Shown: positions 26,852 through 41,010, numbered from the stretch's first letter. The stretch is 64,000 nucleotides of DNA from Azolla caroliniana (GCA_043228905.1 JBHGNT010000009.1:3286001-3350000); one strand, 5' to 3'. A program made the numbers and translations. The notes: generated by a model not told the origin, from the letters alone.

Positions 26852-29800
26852 TCATTTGAATCGAATCACAATGCATGATATGTCATCCTTGCTATTTCTT
26901 TCTAATGCAGCCTCTACCAGCATCTTGGCTGCTGATTCAGGATTTTTTACCTTACTTATCAGGTTAACAGCATCTTGATTCTCGATAACCTGGAAACAAA
27001 TTACAGAAAAAGACTAAAGCTCGAAATAAATTGCTTCTTTTTAATTTGAATGAAACATGCTATAAAAAAGACCATTATTGAAACACAGTTTTTTGATAAG
27101 TGAGAAAAAATCATTGAAAAAGCGTATGTGGAAACCTATATCTATTGTTTTTTGATAAGTTGATACAAGTTAAAATCATAGGTGTTACACACAAATGGTT
27201 ACCTCATTAATAATTCACGTGAGATCATGAGTTGAGAAAGTATTTTTTATCAATATCTATATTTCTAGTGGGGAACTTCAAAACGAAGTACATACCCACA
27301 ATCTACAAACTTACAGTTCATAACAGTACTTGAAATAAAGTGTCTGTATAGAGATTTCAACAAATTTAAAACAATTACAAAGAGATTGTCTGAGAGAGTA
27401 CTTAAGAAACAATGGTTAGTAATAGATGGCTGCCCAAATACAAGATGGATTCAGGTTACCAAAATGGTCCCAAGTGCCAAAAAAGGAAGACGGCCAAAAA
27501 ACCAAAACAATTTTCCAAACTGTCAAACTGTGTTTGGAAACTAGAGTCGAGTTTGTTTACGCATAAAAGTTCTAGTCAATGAACAAGTCCATACCAAATG
27601 AAGCAGTGATTTCGATTGCGTATGATGTCTCAAATAGAAAATGACTAATTCTCCATTTGTCTAAGTGGAATTTTATTGAAAGTATACCTAATACGCATCA
27701 CCAGAAGAACATCCTTTGTTTAAGCAGGAAATCTAGTTCGAAAGTGTAAAAAGTCCAACCCTTCCACCACACCTATGGACTAGTTATTTGATAGAGATCA
27801 TTCACATAACCTTGAACCCACGGAGGTGGAGGTAGTAAAATGTAAATGTTATGAGCTGATAGTGCATTCGCACAGACACTTATGTTACCGTTCTCTATTG
27901 CCAATCACAGGAGTATATGTTATGAGCCTATTTAATGTCTCCAATGGTGGCACAGAAGCAACTGGAAGCAGCTGATCAAATATTCTGAACCATATGCATT
28001 TGTGATGTGGACCCAAATTATACAGCCTCATTGCCCATCCTCACTATGCACATCAAAGATAAGTTTGACACACACTCATTTGGCTACGAAGAATGGCATC
28101 GTCACTATGCACATCAGAGATAAGTTTGACACACTCATGTGGTTACGAAGAATGGCCAACTTGGCTCCAGATAGCGAAACAAGATACGGAAAGGGAACTC
28201 TATGGAGACTCTCACATCTCATGGACTTAACAACATCATTCCCCTGCCATTCCAACATGGATGCCATAGAACTACCTTCCAACCTCCAACCAATTTGGTG
28301 ACAAAGGGACACTCTCTGATACGATCATCAAATGTGCCAAAAAATATTCCCACAAAGAGATTTCTAAACATAAAAAGTAAGTGATCTAGAAAGTATTTAG
28401 ATTATGTATTTTACTAACCTTCCATAACCCGTCGCTGGCAAGGATGACAAACTCATCGGTTTGATCAAGCCACCTATCATCAATATGAGGTTCTGCACTC
28501 AAATGTTCCTTGAGATTCTTATCCCCAAATGCACGTGCTACTGCAAGCTGTCCATCGACTCTTGCCACATCACCTAGAAAAGAGAAGTGTGAAGTTTTCA
28601 GATAAACTAAAAACTCTTAAAGATCCTCATAAAACACAGCCCAAAGTGATGTGATGTATCTTATGTGCTCAATTAAAGATAAGTGTGTAGAAGCAAAAAA
28701 ATTCCTTTTGATTTAAAAATAATAATGTTAGTGAATTTACAAAAGACATCTCTTTGTTGATAAAAATTCCATGGCTATGTTTTCACCTTTTAAATAAATA
28801 AACTTTATAAAAAGTTCTCAAATTAGGATTCTTAAAACAATAGGAAAACAGAGAGACAGCGGCTAACAAACAACAAAATCTGATAGCAATAGATTGTATT
28901 ATCATTCTTGATGTCAAATATGACCAACGATACAAAAAGAAACATTTTCATGCAGTTGAACGAGAATGTACCTGGAAGAATACTCACATAGCCACCTCTA
29001 CTTTCAATGTGCATCTTTTCTGACTCTGGTTCATGATCCATAGAAAGCTGAATAGCATTTCCACCTCTACAAAGAACTGCTCTTGAGTCTCCAACATTTG
29101 CCACAAGAAGCCTTCTTCCATTCATAAGCATAACTGTCACGGCTGTGGATCCGCCAACCCCTAGATCTGGAGATTTCTGTAAAATCAGATTGTCTGTCGA
29201 TTCATATGCTTTCCGGATTGCATCAACTGGATTTGTCGAGAACTCGCTCTGGAAACAGCACAACCATTTATCAAGGGTTAGAACCATGAGTGGAATCAGA
29301 AGCTATTATGAAAAAAATTAAGAGCTATGTACAAGCCATCACAACCAATGTATAACGCCCGTAACTTCTTTCATGGAATCGTACATATGATCCTTCCAAA
29401 CTACAGATTGCGACTATCTATCTCTCTTTCATTGGACATTAGCATATCATATTTAACTAAACAGATATTAAGAAAACAAATGCTAATATATGATTCCTTC
29501 TAATTCTAAACCCTAGCACCTATCACAAAAGAGAATCATATAGTACCCATCATAAAACCAGGCAGGAGAAACTTCAAAACCATAAACGATATGCAAGAGA
29601 ACCATACACATTTATAAATAAACCATTAGAGATGACCCACACAAAACAATTAGCACGGAAAATGACTATATAAAAAGGATATATCTACAACAAGCAACAA
29701 AAAATCCACCTGGGAAATGATGGTCTGAAAGAGGTGGTTTTGCAGATAGTGAGGTACAGTATGGCTGAGATGACCATCATAGATCGCAAAAAACCCTAAG

Positions 29801-30164
29801 TCCAAACGATTGATTCTCTTGAATTCTGCATGATGATAATCTTCCATCAGATATTTTGACTTTCCTTTGACAAGACAGAATCCGTAGACAATGTTACTGT
29901 TCTGTTTACTTCTTCCTTTTCCTGTGTGATAAGCATTCGAAGACCGAAGCCTCAATGCAATCTGTGCAATGATTAAATTAATGGATTAGGTCACAGAAAG
30001 TCCATAGACTTCATCAAAATTGGGTACCAAAAAATCTGAGAAGAATTATAACAGGAGAAATTCCATGGATGATAAGAGAAGAAAACAAATCCAAGCACGG
30101 ATGAAAAGCAGGAGAAACTCCGGAATTGGCACGGAGAAAGGCTTACTTTGATTTGTTTGAGCAT
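26852..30164 (-). CDS. PP2C: Protein phosphatase 2C (clade F-like)
   Basis: Exons 30164-30147 (MLKQIK), 29961-29710, 29248-28972, 28573-28419, 26989-26852. Motifs MED, FAIYDGH, GGSTA, ANVGDSRAV, LAVARAFGD, ILASDGLW, SKDDISCIV. Confidence 0.93.
28043..28156. repeat. ~61-bp tandem duplication inside the last PP2C intron, within probable decayed LINE sequence
   Basis: actatgcacatca.agataagtttgacacactcat.tgg.tacgaagaatggc occurs twice. A nearby minus-strand fragment, RMFFW*CVLGIL (~27690), weakly resembles an L1 ORF2 C-terminus. Confidence 0.7.
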
Positions 30165-30409
30165 TCTGTCTTCCTTTCTCGCGCGATTACCTTGACTCCC
30201 TTTCCCAAGCAGCAGGAAAGGTGAAGAAACGCGAAGCAGAATCAGGGTTCGGGTTAGAGGAAATGGTGGTGTGTGCACTGTGCAGAGAGAAAGGGGGGGA
30301 GATCGACGACTTATTCCAACCCAGACTTTAGCTTAACAGAATGTGGTCATGGATTAGCTGAACTGTCTCGGAATAAAGAAAGCAATAAGCAGTGAAAGTC
30401 GATACATAA

Positions 30410-30517
30410 TACATATGTACCTACATACAATGATATATGCATACATACTCATACATACATACATACATGATACATGCATTAGCATACATACACATGCATA
30501 CATATATAGTATATACA

Positions 30518-30549
<32 letters not shown>

Positions 30550-30602
30550 GACCTAGATTGTACACACACACACGCACGCACGCACGCGCACACACACACA
30601 CA
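30410..30602. repeat. Compound (TACA)n/(CA)n microsatellite upstream of PP2C
   Basis: Directly visible. Confidence 0.9.
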
Positions 30603-31565
30603 TGTCAACGTCGATCAATTCTTCCTCAATTGTTCTTTTAGATCCTCGAGTGTGTGGCTCGCCTCTACCACCTTCTTTACTCGTGACTCTCATAAGCTTT
30701 ATTCCTCATCGATAACTTACCATGGGCTAAACATCGGATTCCCCTTGTTATCAGATCACCCATTTGCCTCGTGGATGGCTTCGAGCTTTTAGAAGACAAG
30801 CCTCTCTCTCTCTCTGCATCGATTTATTTCCTTTGGAGAGAGAGAGAGAGATGTCAAACAATAGTTATGTATTTCCCCAAAATATGGATTCATTTGGGAG
30901 AAATTATAAGATATATCATTGTTGCATGGATCTTTGCCATTAACAACAAATGTTACACCTTGGGTAGATTGGTGGTTAAAGGATGGCACACGCTTGTTAT
31001 GGGTCACTACAAATATATTTTATCACCAATGATGCAATGACATCATTACCTTGGCTATCACTAAAGCAGAGACGAGCACTAGGGTCAGGTACATGCTTCT
31101 TTTGCACCATTCTATTGGAGGATAATACACATAGGTTCATTAAATGTCCTATATAGCATATCAATTGGAAGTACTTATAAGTTATTTGACAAGTTTTAAC
31201 CCGTTGTTCTTTGAGGCCTCAACAATGGTCCAAATGACGAGCAAGAGATATTGTTTTAATTTTTATGATATTGGGGACTGCAACAAAATTGGAATATGAG
31301 TAACACTTTGATGTTTGATAGTAGACATGGGGTGAAAACATATATGATGAAGTTGAATGGCATTCTTATATAGAATTTACGGATGTTAGAGCATGTGGGG
31401 ATCATTTCCTCAAGTGCATATTTAGGGCTTCTAATGGATTTACAAGATATCCCTCTCCTAAATAGGTAGGTAGAGGAGACTAAGAACTTGTAACAAATAG
31501 ATTTTACATACCATTAATATAATCTTGTGCTTTTAGAGAGAGAGTGAAAAATCCCAAATCGATCG

Positions 31566-31836
31566 ATGTAGCTTGATTGGTAAGGCTGTCTAATGAAGAC
31601 AAGGAGGTCACGGGTTCAACCACTGCATTCTATAGTGGCATCTAGTGAATTAAAAGAGATATGTATGGAGTATGTAACAGAGAGGTGAGATAATTAGGTT
31701 TTGAATCCAATACATAGTGCTTATAGTGTAACAACTTACCACTAGGGTAAGATACTAACATTTATAGATAAATAAAGAGGTGAGAAATGTGGGTTTCAAA
31801 CCAATAGTGTAAAAGACTTACCTCTAGGGTAAGCTA
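31566..31836 (+). mobile_element. tRNA-related SINE-like repeat
   Basis: A-box-like TAGCTTGATTGG and B-box-like GGTTCAACC; aligns over ~190 bp with the reverse complement of 48932-49120. Confidence 0.65.
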
Positions 31837-31917
31837 ATTACAATAAAAAAAAAGACGACGACTTGCTAATTACAACTAGAGAGAGATCCTCAATGATCTA
31901 GGTATGGCCAGAAGTTT

Positions 31918-32378
31918 CATGGTATATTTATTGTTGAATTGTTTGTATATTGGATATGCAGGTCTTCTCCATGCATGATCTTCATGTATGGTTGGATAGT
32001 ATATTTATTGTTTAATTATTTGTATATTGGATATGCAAGTCTTCTTCATGTATGATCTTCACGTATGGTTGGATAGTTATGGTATATTTAATGTTTAATT
32101 ATTTGTATATTGGATATGCAAGTCTTCTCCATGTATGATCATCACGTATGGTTGGATAGTTATGGTATATTTAATGTTTAATTATTTGTATATTGGATAT
32201 GCAAGTCTTCTCCATGTATGATCTTCATGTATTCTTGAATAGTTATGGTATATTTATTTTTTAATTGTTTGTATATTGGATATGCAAGTCTTCTCCATGT
32301 ATGATCTTCATGTATGGCTGCATAGTTTTAGTATATTTATTGTTTAATTATTTGTATATTAGATATGCAAGTCTTCTT
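31918..32378. repeat. Minisatellite, 83-bp unit, ~5.5 copies
   Basis: tatggtatattta..gtttaatt.tttgtatattggatatgcaagtcttctccatgtatgatcttca.gtatggttggatagt; clean unit starts at 32078, 32161 and 32244. Confidence 0.95.
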
Positions 32379-33599
32379 TCTATGATGTTATTGTAAGGTC
32401 TTGAGTGTTTGGTCAACATAGAGATGTCCTAATTATCATAGCCTAACTACATAGTAGTTCCTTATTGGAAGATGTTTTAGACATCAATTTTACAATGGGT
32501 CCTTAAGGCTATGCTTGTTATTGGCTTCCCAATTGTCCTAACTATGAACCATTGGAATCAGCTTTTGAATTTGTTTGTAAAGTTATGGGCTCATATGGAG
32601 GTCAATAAAGAAGAAATGATGCAAATATGTCTCAACTATCTATCAATGCTTTGGTCGTCTTAGAACTATTGTCATACTAACCTAAAATCAATTAGTTTAT
32701 TAGAAGAGAACCACAATACAAAAGACAAATAATTTAGTCATAATCAGGATGTTTGAGACGATTCTAAAGCTAATTGTAATGGTTTAAGGGTGGGAAACAA
32801 CCAATCATAGGACAAACCTATAAAGAGCTATGACACATGGGAACACATGGTGGTTTAGTCAGCTTAGTGTTGGCCCTTGGGCTATGTAAACGGGACTAAC
32901 TCTAACCCTCATTAAGATATCATGGGATGTTGAGGAGACTTCCAAGTTACGTGACAAGATGATATTCAATCATATAGACAATGATATTTTATTTTCATTT
33001 TTTGTCATTCTCTTGGGGGATGGTCAATGTGGTTAAGTACTAGACAATTATTCTTTTCTTAATCTAAATATTCATTCTTTACCATTAGTATTTCAATTTG
33101 TAATATTTGGAATGAGAGCTTTATAGTAATGGCTTTCTTTTCTAGTTTAATAATTTATTCTTGGACATTTAACAACGGTTGTTGATCAATCCTAGAAACC
33201 AAATCAACACAGAAACGATGTTCTTTCTTTAGTTTTTGCCATCGATTTTTTGTAACATCTCAATTTGCCATCCTTTCTAGGTTACTATGCTCACAGTTGT
33301 GCTTCCAACCATTTGTATGTTCCATGTTGAACATTTTTAAGTAATACTCAAAAAAACTTTAAGCCCATTGATGTCCTTATCCAAAAGTCGTTAAAGAAAT
33401 ATGAGGTTGCTCCTTGTTTTGGGATTTCAACAAGGTCTTTTCAATGTCACATCAGAGTTTCTACAACATCTTATCAAAATGACATATATAGATGTTTCAC
33501 CATTTATCACGATAACAATTGGTGAATGGCAACTTAGATATCGATATTTACACCTTTTATCTTCTCAATAATTTGTGAATTGCCCAGCTAACATCACAA

Positions 33600-33762
33600 A
33601 GAAAGCCAAATATCACACTTAACGATCACAGAAATTAATCTAGTCTTGTAAGAGAAGATTATTTTCAATACAAATTCTTGGTGTGTCACAGAGAAAGCCA
33701 AATATCACACTTAGTGATGGAAGGAATCAATCTAGCCTTCTAAGAGAAGATTATTTTCAATA
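33600..33762. repeat. ~93-bp tandem duplication
   Basis: agaaagccaaatatcacactta...taagagaagattattttcaatac occurs twice. Confidence 0.85.
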
Positions 33763-35425
33763 CTTAGGGTTTAGGGTTTACGAGTTCTAAACCTCAAACG
33801 GGTTCACTCATTAGTTTTTTCAACTTCGAACAAATTAAGGCGTTGGGGAAAACATGAGCACACATAGCACAGTTGTTTAGGGTTAGCTGTGTTTAGGGAG
33901 ACCACACCAATAGATAGGTTCACATGCTTCTGATCCATTATTCTATATTTCATCCTGTACTTTTTATTTTCTTATATACTTGAAATCAACATACATATAT
34001 GTATGTAGACAAACCTGAACACGCAAACGAGTCTGGTAGTCCCAGACAGTATTGAAGACAGACAATACATCAACCAGTCTTCCTTGGAGTTGTACAAAAT
34101 TACTTAAATACAGCGTGGAAAATGTGAATCCCTAATTTATATACCTCCGCAAATCCCTGATTAAAGATAAAACAGAGTGGAGAAGACCAAATCTTTATTA
34201 TTATTTTCTTATCCAAGGTCACCACCTCGCCTGACACAACAGCTTTTGTTATCTTACCAAGACACAAACTCAGCAACGTGCAAATAAGATATTCAGACTT
34301 CAGAAAACGTCCAAGATAAACGAATTGACCAAACTTGATAGTAATAATTGAGTTATTAATAATCCCTAGAAATGAAGACTGAACTCTCAATCCTTCACAA
34401 AAACACCAATTGTTGCATACTGACAATTTAAATGCGTTGTTTGGTTCCAAGATAGCATGACCAATTGACAAAACAATTTATTGGCATTAATAGAAAAACA
34501 CACCTTTAAGAAAAATTCAAGATCTTATAATAATAAAATGGAACGTCAAAAGTTACAGTTCACTAAAATTACACATTTGCAATGGCATTGCCAGTTGTAC
34601 ATTAAAAATAATCGAGCACATAATAATATCCTGGCAAGAAAGCATTAACAAGAAGATTGATTAAAATGATTCAATACAAGACCAGATTATGCAAGTTTAT
34701 TTCTAATTGATACTTATTTAACAACTCATTTATTAGTTACAACTTGCTATCATGTCAAACACATAATAAATCAGCCGAGGCTTAGAATTACCACAAAAAC
34801 CCAGGCTACTGAAATCAATATATTAAGCAAAACTATTATCAAAAACACTATAAAAATATACTGAACACAAATCGCCATATCAGATCCTGAGCAACAAAAG
34901 CAATGGATGTATAAGAACATACGTTTTCATTATCATGATACATATACATATAATACAATAGGTTAAAATTTGAGCAACAAAGGCGTGAATGTATTGAAAC
35001 ATCTTGCCTGGAAGGTATTCTCGAAGAGAAAAAGTAACGCACTGAAAAAACTTGAGACTATTAAATTGTATTTTTCAAACGTTAACAAGAAAAATATATA
35101 ACACAAGCCGCAATGTCAGATCCTCAGCAACAAAAACAGTAGCGCGTTAGCAACAAACGCACTGGATATAGATAGATATATATATGTAATAGGTTAGGAG
35201 TCAGAACGTGAGCAACAAAAGCACTGGATGTATGAAACATCTTTCCGAGAAACAATCCTCGATGATACAAAAAGTAACGTACGTAAAAAAATGTCAGACT
35301 AACAAAATGTATTCTTAAACGTCAACAAAAGCAGCTAGATATTCCAGTTCTAGCCTGCCGTGAAAGGCTAACACGCTATTAACTTTAACTACATCATCTA
35401 TTACTACTTCTGGAACGAATAAAAA

Positions 35426-36630
35426 TTACTGATCCTTGGAGGGCTCCTCAGCTAGGGGTGTGTTTTCCCCTTCTTGAGCAACAGGTTGTTCAACTTGTTT
35501 CAGAGGTGTTCCAAAGCTCCATACAAAACCAAACGGATCAATGACCTTGCCATAGCGCACACCCCACGGCTGATCAGCAACTTCTTCCACTGACTTGGCT
35601 CCTGCTTCTAATGCCTTTGCAAATGCTGCATCCACATCATCGGTCACCACGTGTAGAATTGAACTGTTCCCCTTGAGAGATGCAGGAGACTTCACACTGC
35701 AAATCAAACCATAACTTCTATTAAGAAGTTCTATTAAAAGAAAAAGGTGGCAACAAAAATTTAAGAAATATACAGAGATTCGAATAATCAGGCACATCAA
35801 CATTTACAAAGGAATGTGGGGTAAACACGACAAGTATAGACAAGCAACCTATGTTGCACAAGCATTAAACTTTGGTTCTTAACAAAGTAGCTGTAAGCAA
35901 TACATGCAATAATGATTTCGAGAAAACAAACCTAACGGTCCATCGGACATTTCCATAAAAACAATAGACATCTAAAACCGTATGGATACATGGCGAATCA
36001 TACGAGATACATAGCAAAAGGAGAGCCTTACTAAGGTGAAAATGGTTCGGCAACAGAGAAACACAGACGTGCTACTAAAATAGATACAAAAAACGAACGT
36101 TTTAGACGACAATGGAATAAAAAAGACAAATATGCATTTTAGAGCACAGACAATATGAATCATGCTAGAAGGTCTAATAAAAAACAGTATGGATGCCAAA
36201 ATCAAGAAAACCTCCAAATAATTTCTCGTGTTTTATCAATATAACTGGTAAGCTTCCATGCACATAAGATGACAAACTACTTAATGACTTCGTCATCAAA
36301 AAGTTTACCCGAGAAAAGAAGGGATAGAGGAAATTAAGGACAGGACACTTGGAGATAACGTATTACTTACTCAGGTCCGGATTCCTCGACCTCATCAGAA
36401 AGCATAACTTCAGCGTTTCCGAACTTGAGATGAGCGTGGAGGATAAGAGGCAGTTCTTGGTCGGCCTTACGCTTAGTGTGGAGCGTCCGTGCAACTTCTT
36501 CGGCTCCGAAAGCTCTCTTGTAGAAGGATATGGCATCAGATGCCCGGGGAGCTTCAACGATGAGCTGGGGAAGACAGGCAAAATAGCCTACAGCAGCCTT
36601 GCAAGCTTCTACTTGTTTATGCTCCTCCAT
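35426..36630 (-). CDS. VOC/glyoxalase-like (PhnB-like, At5g48480-type) protein
   Basis: Coding exons 36630-36371 and 35696-35426, with a probable 5' UTR intron 36750-36634. Motifs PQLIVEAP.A.DAI.FYK.AFGAEE, KRKADQELPLILHAHLK, DVDAA..KA..AGA, WG.RYGKV.DPFGFVW. Confidence 0.9.
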
Positions 36631-38382
36631 AGCCTCCCACAAGGATAACAAGAGCGTACAAGACGAGAAAGGAGGGAAGTATCGAGAGGGGGGAAGGCGA
36701 GGAGAGAGAGAGAGAGAGGGAACACAAAGAAAAGAAGGAGACGAACTTACGGTGCTTCGCGGCGATGGAGTTTGTCTTTCTTCTTTCCTTCCCTCCTTTT
36801 CTGTTGTTGTTTCTGAACCTTTCTTTTCACAGTTTAAACAGATCGTTCATTTCTTTGGCGGGTGGGGTGGCCCTATTCACACCAGGTCCTCCATTTGGAG
36901 GTCTATTCCCACGGATCCCTCTAATTAAGGGAGATTCACACCAGGGTTCTCTATCTAATCTCTAGTGCGGCCCATTCACTTGTGCCCCAAGCCCAATTAT
37001 TTGGTGGCAAGTCCATCTATTCTCACCAACTCTTACATTCGAAAGGTTGGGGATAGTCTCTTTCACAATATTACCCATGACATGGCCATTCTGCGCTTGT
37101 CTATGTATTGAGCCTTGCCATATTCCTGTTCTAAGCTTATATGTCTCGACTGTTGGACCGTGATGCCAACTCTGGACCATGTTTGACACTCACGATTTCT
37201 CTACTACACTATCTTGATATTGTCTACCTACAATGTGTATGTTCATCATGTTCGTTCAATCTTGTCTTAATGAGTGCATGTCGCACTCATTAGAGCACTT
37301 TCAATATTAAGATTACCTCAACATAAGATATACTCGGATTACCTTATCATGATCATGCAGTCTTCAATATTCAATTGACCCAAATCTTTACCAACATAAG
37401 TGGCACACACAATAACATCATAAATGAGTGAAATTTCTATCTTTGATTTTGTAAGCATGTATTATCTTCAATTAACTAGTTCCTGATGGACAATTTCTAT
37501 GTTTCTAGTCATGTAGTCTTCAATCAACTCAATCCTAGTGACTTTCACATAGCACATATCCATGCACAATGCAACATGGCAATTTTAGGGCACACACACC
37601 AAGTGTCCAACCAAACAACGAGAGGGAGAGATAGTTGTGAGAGAAACCAATAGGAAAAATGTTGCGGGTGGAAGTAAAGCTCAAACAATATTACACCTCT
37701 AGCAATTGAATAAAGCAATTGTTACTCTTGAAGCCCTAAAGTGAATCTTGTTATAGTTAGGGTTGGAGGGTCCATATGGTACTGTTCATTTGACAGAATG
37801 TCCCTTGACCATCTCCCACCAAAGGCCAACATAGTCAACAGTAAACTATTGAATATTACACTCTTGTTGGTGGGTCAAATCCACTACCTAATCTATGAAC
37901 TATGTACACATGAACCACTTTCCACCAAATGGGCATGCCGCGTGATATGGTTCATGGTGTGCATCAATTTGCAATGTCAATGCATTAGAGCTATTTTTCT
38001 TACATGTGCACTTTAAGCTATCGTATCTAATTATTCTTCAAACAATCGTGAATGAAGTGACACCACACTTTTATATGTTTCACCTTCACGACACAAATTG
38101 ACATCTTCATTGACATGACCAACATTGACCATCATTGTGGAGAGTAAAATTTCAATATATTTCTCATATGTCCCTAACCAAATTTAATATGTCTCTCATG
38201 TGTCCCTAACCAATTAGCGAGGCCCAATTCTTCATTGCACAATATGTATTCAACTTCTATTGTTGAAATGATGGTATATACTCCAAAAGACTTGGTCTCC
38301 ATGACATCGTTCCTTCGATGAACTCAAAGGCATATCCTGATGTTGATTTCATGTTATCGGCACATTCAATATAGTTGGAATT

Positions 38383-38543
38383 ATAGTACGTAAAATTTGT
38401 GTTCGTCTAGCATAACAGTCGTTTTCACACGTTGGAAAACGAATGCGAATGTTATTCAAACATTCTTGTTTTTTTAGGTTTATTTACCTCATAAGAAATA
38501 GGTGATCCAAAAGTATGGTATTTACCATTCTTTGAGTGTGTTT
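38383..38543. repeat. Dispersed repeat with internal palindrome (copy A)
   Basis: atagtacgtaaaatt.gtgttcgtctagcataaca.tcgtt..acgttggaaaacgaatgcgaatgttattcaaaca matches 47800-47997. Confidence 0.85.
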
Positions 38544-39617
38544 ACCATGCTCGAATGTTTCAATCATATGGTTGGGATGGACGAAATTGGCTAAGATTGT
38601 TTCACTCATTCCATGCCATGCTCATTGGTTCCTTGTTCTACTCGTGTATTGCGCAATGGTTATTACTATATCCCAATATTCATTTCCTATATTTCACATG
38701 AAGTTTCTAGCCACTCATGTCATAGTACTACCACATTTGCAATATTGGCTTTATTACACTTGCCATACATGTACACGAAACTTTATGTACGAGTTATTTG
38801 GCAAATTCTAACTCTAACCAACTGTTTGTGCTCATTCACTATTATGTTTTTAGTGGCATACAGAGATGTTCAAGTAGTTTGGTGATATATTCACCGTTAC
38901 GTAAAGGAAAGCCTTTTATTTTTTTTCTATCTCAAGGGATTGACAAACCTAATATATGGTTCTCTCCTCCTAGATCCTTCATGTCAAAGTTTTGGCTCAT
39001 TTTTCATTTTGGAGCTTGAACACCATTTCATTGACTTTCCTAGAATTCGATGATGACATCACAAGTTTTTGGGATTAGATGGAATAAGATAAATGTTGTA
39101 TGTACATGACCAACCATTTCCTCCCTTTCCTTCATCTAGGTACTAAAGAATTTGACAATTGAGGCTGAATGGATGAGATGGTATTATAGACAACATCATT
39201 ATTGGAGTCCACATATAGATTATCCAAGACATTACGACAACTTCTAGTGCATTTTCCTTCAAAAGAAATCCACTTTGATTATTGGAATGGAATGGCTTCT
39301 AACACAATCCCATATAGGTGAATTACAGTGTTTTTGAAGCGTTGGTGCATTTGCTTCATGAGAGATATATCTTGAAATACTTTCATTAATGTCTTTGTTT
39401 CAACCCCTCGAAAACTATGAAATTATAGAAAGGAAAATATTGAATCTACATACCCACAGAGTAAAGGACATCATTCCATGATCTTGTTTAGGAGATTTAA
39501 TGTGGGGTAACCCATGAGAGGAGGATTCACTAACAAGGTTGACGAGCCTATGGATATTTTTACCAACAATCAACCTCGAGGGTTCTAGTTTTGAGGAAGG
39601 ATATCTATGTTGCCTTA

Positions 39618-41010
39618 GCTCTAATACCAAGCAATTCAATAAGTGATTAGGCTTTGAAAGACCTACATGATTCAAATTCTCATTTGTAACTTATGTAACA
39701 AATTTTTTTGGTGAGTAATTTAGATAACAATTACAAATAAGATACTAGTAACTACACAACCTAATAGTTCAGTTCTCGTTTTTTGTACATTGCAAATTGA
39801 TTATTTAAGTCATACTTTAGTTTTAAAGATACTCGCCCGAAAGAGGAGAAATATTAACCTTCGATTGTATTGTGCCATTCATGTGCATTTGATTGGATAT
39901 CCCTATATTCATTGTTTTGAAAAGCAAAATATTCACGCTCCATGTTATCTTTCCAATCCAATAATCTTTCTTCAATTGCAATTATTGACCGCCATATATT
40001 TACATTTTTGGAACCAGCATCTCATCCGCATTAAGATGAAGATTATTAAAATGTCATTGGCACATTTCTTGGTGGATGTGTAGGAACTCTAGCTATTACT
40101 CTGGAATGGTTCAAACTTCATCAAAATGTCAAATTTATGGTGCTGCCGTCAGGGTTTTTGCTTCACACAACATAAGCTCTTTCTTAGCCTACATACATTT
40201 TCCTCTTTCCCCACTTGCATAAACTTGATGGGTTGTTCTACGTATATCTCCTCGAGATTGTAAAGATTTGAAGAAAGTATAGCCTAGGATTGAGGTACAT
40301 CCCAATCAAGAAATAAGATGCTTATGTGTTTGCATGTGTATATCTGTGGGAGAGGAACAACTTCACTGATTGTAGCTCAGTACATAAGGTTTTGTATTGA
40401 GACCATAAAGCCATGGATTCAAATCCCTACATTTTGCAATGGCATCCAAGAAATTAGGAAATATATATGGTGTACCGTGTAACATAAGAAAAATAATTAT
40501 GGTGTAATAGAGACTTCATTTATATTCAACTCTTCTTGTGTACTTCATTTATATCCTACTTTATTAAGTGTACTCACGTAGAATCATAAATCAATCAATC
40601 ATGATAGGAGAGCAGGCAAATTCAATGCAATATCAAATGCATTCAATACAAAGAATATATTCCCTTGCACTTAAGACAAAAGTAGAGTTTCATAGAGGTT
40701 CTCCTATACGAGTGTTCAACTTCACACACAATATATAGCTAACCTTATTCTCTTTGGTCTCAGCGATGTTGTATAATAATTAGTACAAGGGGCATGTTTC
40801 TATTGCACTCCCCCTTAATTTGAGGTGAAATAAATAAAGGTAAGGCTTTAAACTTTTACACGCTTTATTTGCTCCAATTGACTTTGTAAAAGTTCATGTT
40901 GTTTCATGACAGATGTGGCTAAGTTTGAGATAAACATTCATCTACATTTTGGCCCTCTTGTAGATGTGACAGTATACCTCAACGTGCTTCATGCGAGCAT
41001 AGAACACTAT
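39618..41010 (-). mobile_element. Scrambled Ty1/copia remnants
   Basis: PBS-like TGGTATTAGAGC 39618-39629; RT fragment EEIYVEQP...VCRLRKSL..VKQ (~40110-40260); PPT TTAAGGGGGAG 40808-40818; RNase H fragment VFYARMKHVEV (~40975-41010). The order implies more than one element. Confidence 0.7.
40371..40480 (+). mobile_element. tRNA-related SINE-like repeat, decayed copy
   Basis: TGTAGCTCAG...GGATTCAAATCC.tacatt...atggcatc resembles the head of the 31566 copy. Confidence 0.5.

Noticed and set aside
29761-29778. PP2C motif DGHLS instead of DGHxG
   Set aside because: The catalytic DGH is intact, and from memory DGHLSH occurs in other plant clade F PP2Cs.
31566-31640. Functional tRNA gene
   Set aside because: No acceptor or anticodon stems could be formed; it belongs to a dispersed repeat.
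31918-32378. CRISPR-like periodicity
   Set aside because: Eukaryotic locus; contiguous units with no unique spacers and no cas genes.
33763-33780. Interstitial telomere repeat TTAGGGTTTAGGGTTTA
   Set aside because: Only about two units; common telo-box-level occurrence.
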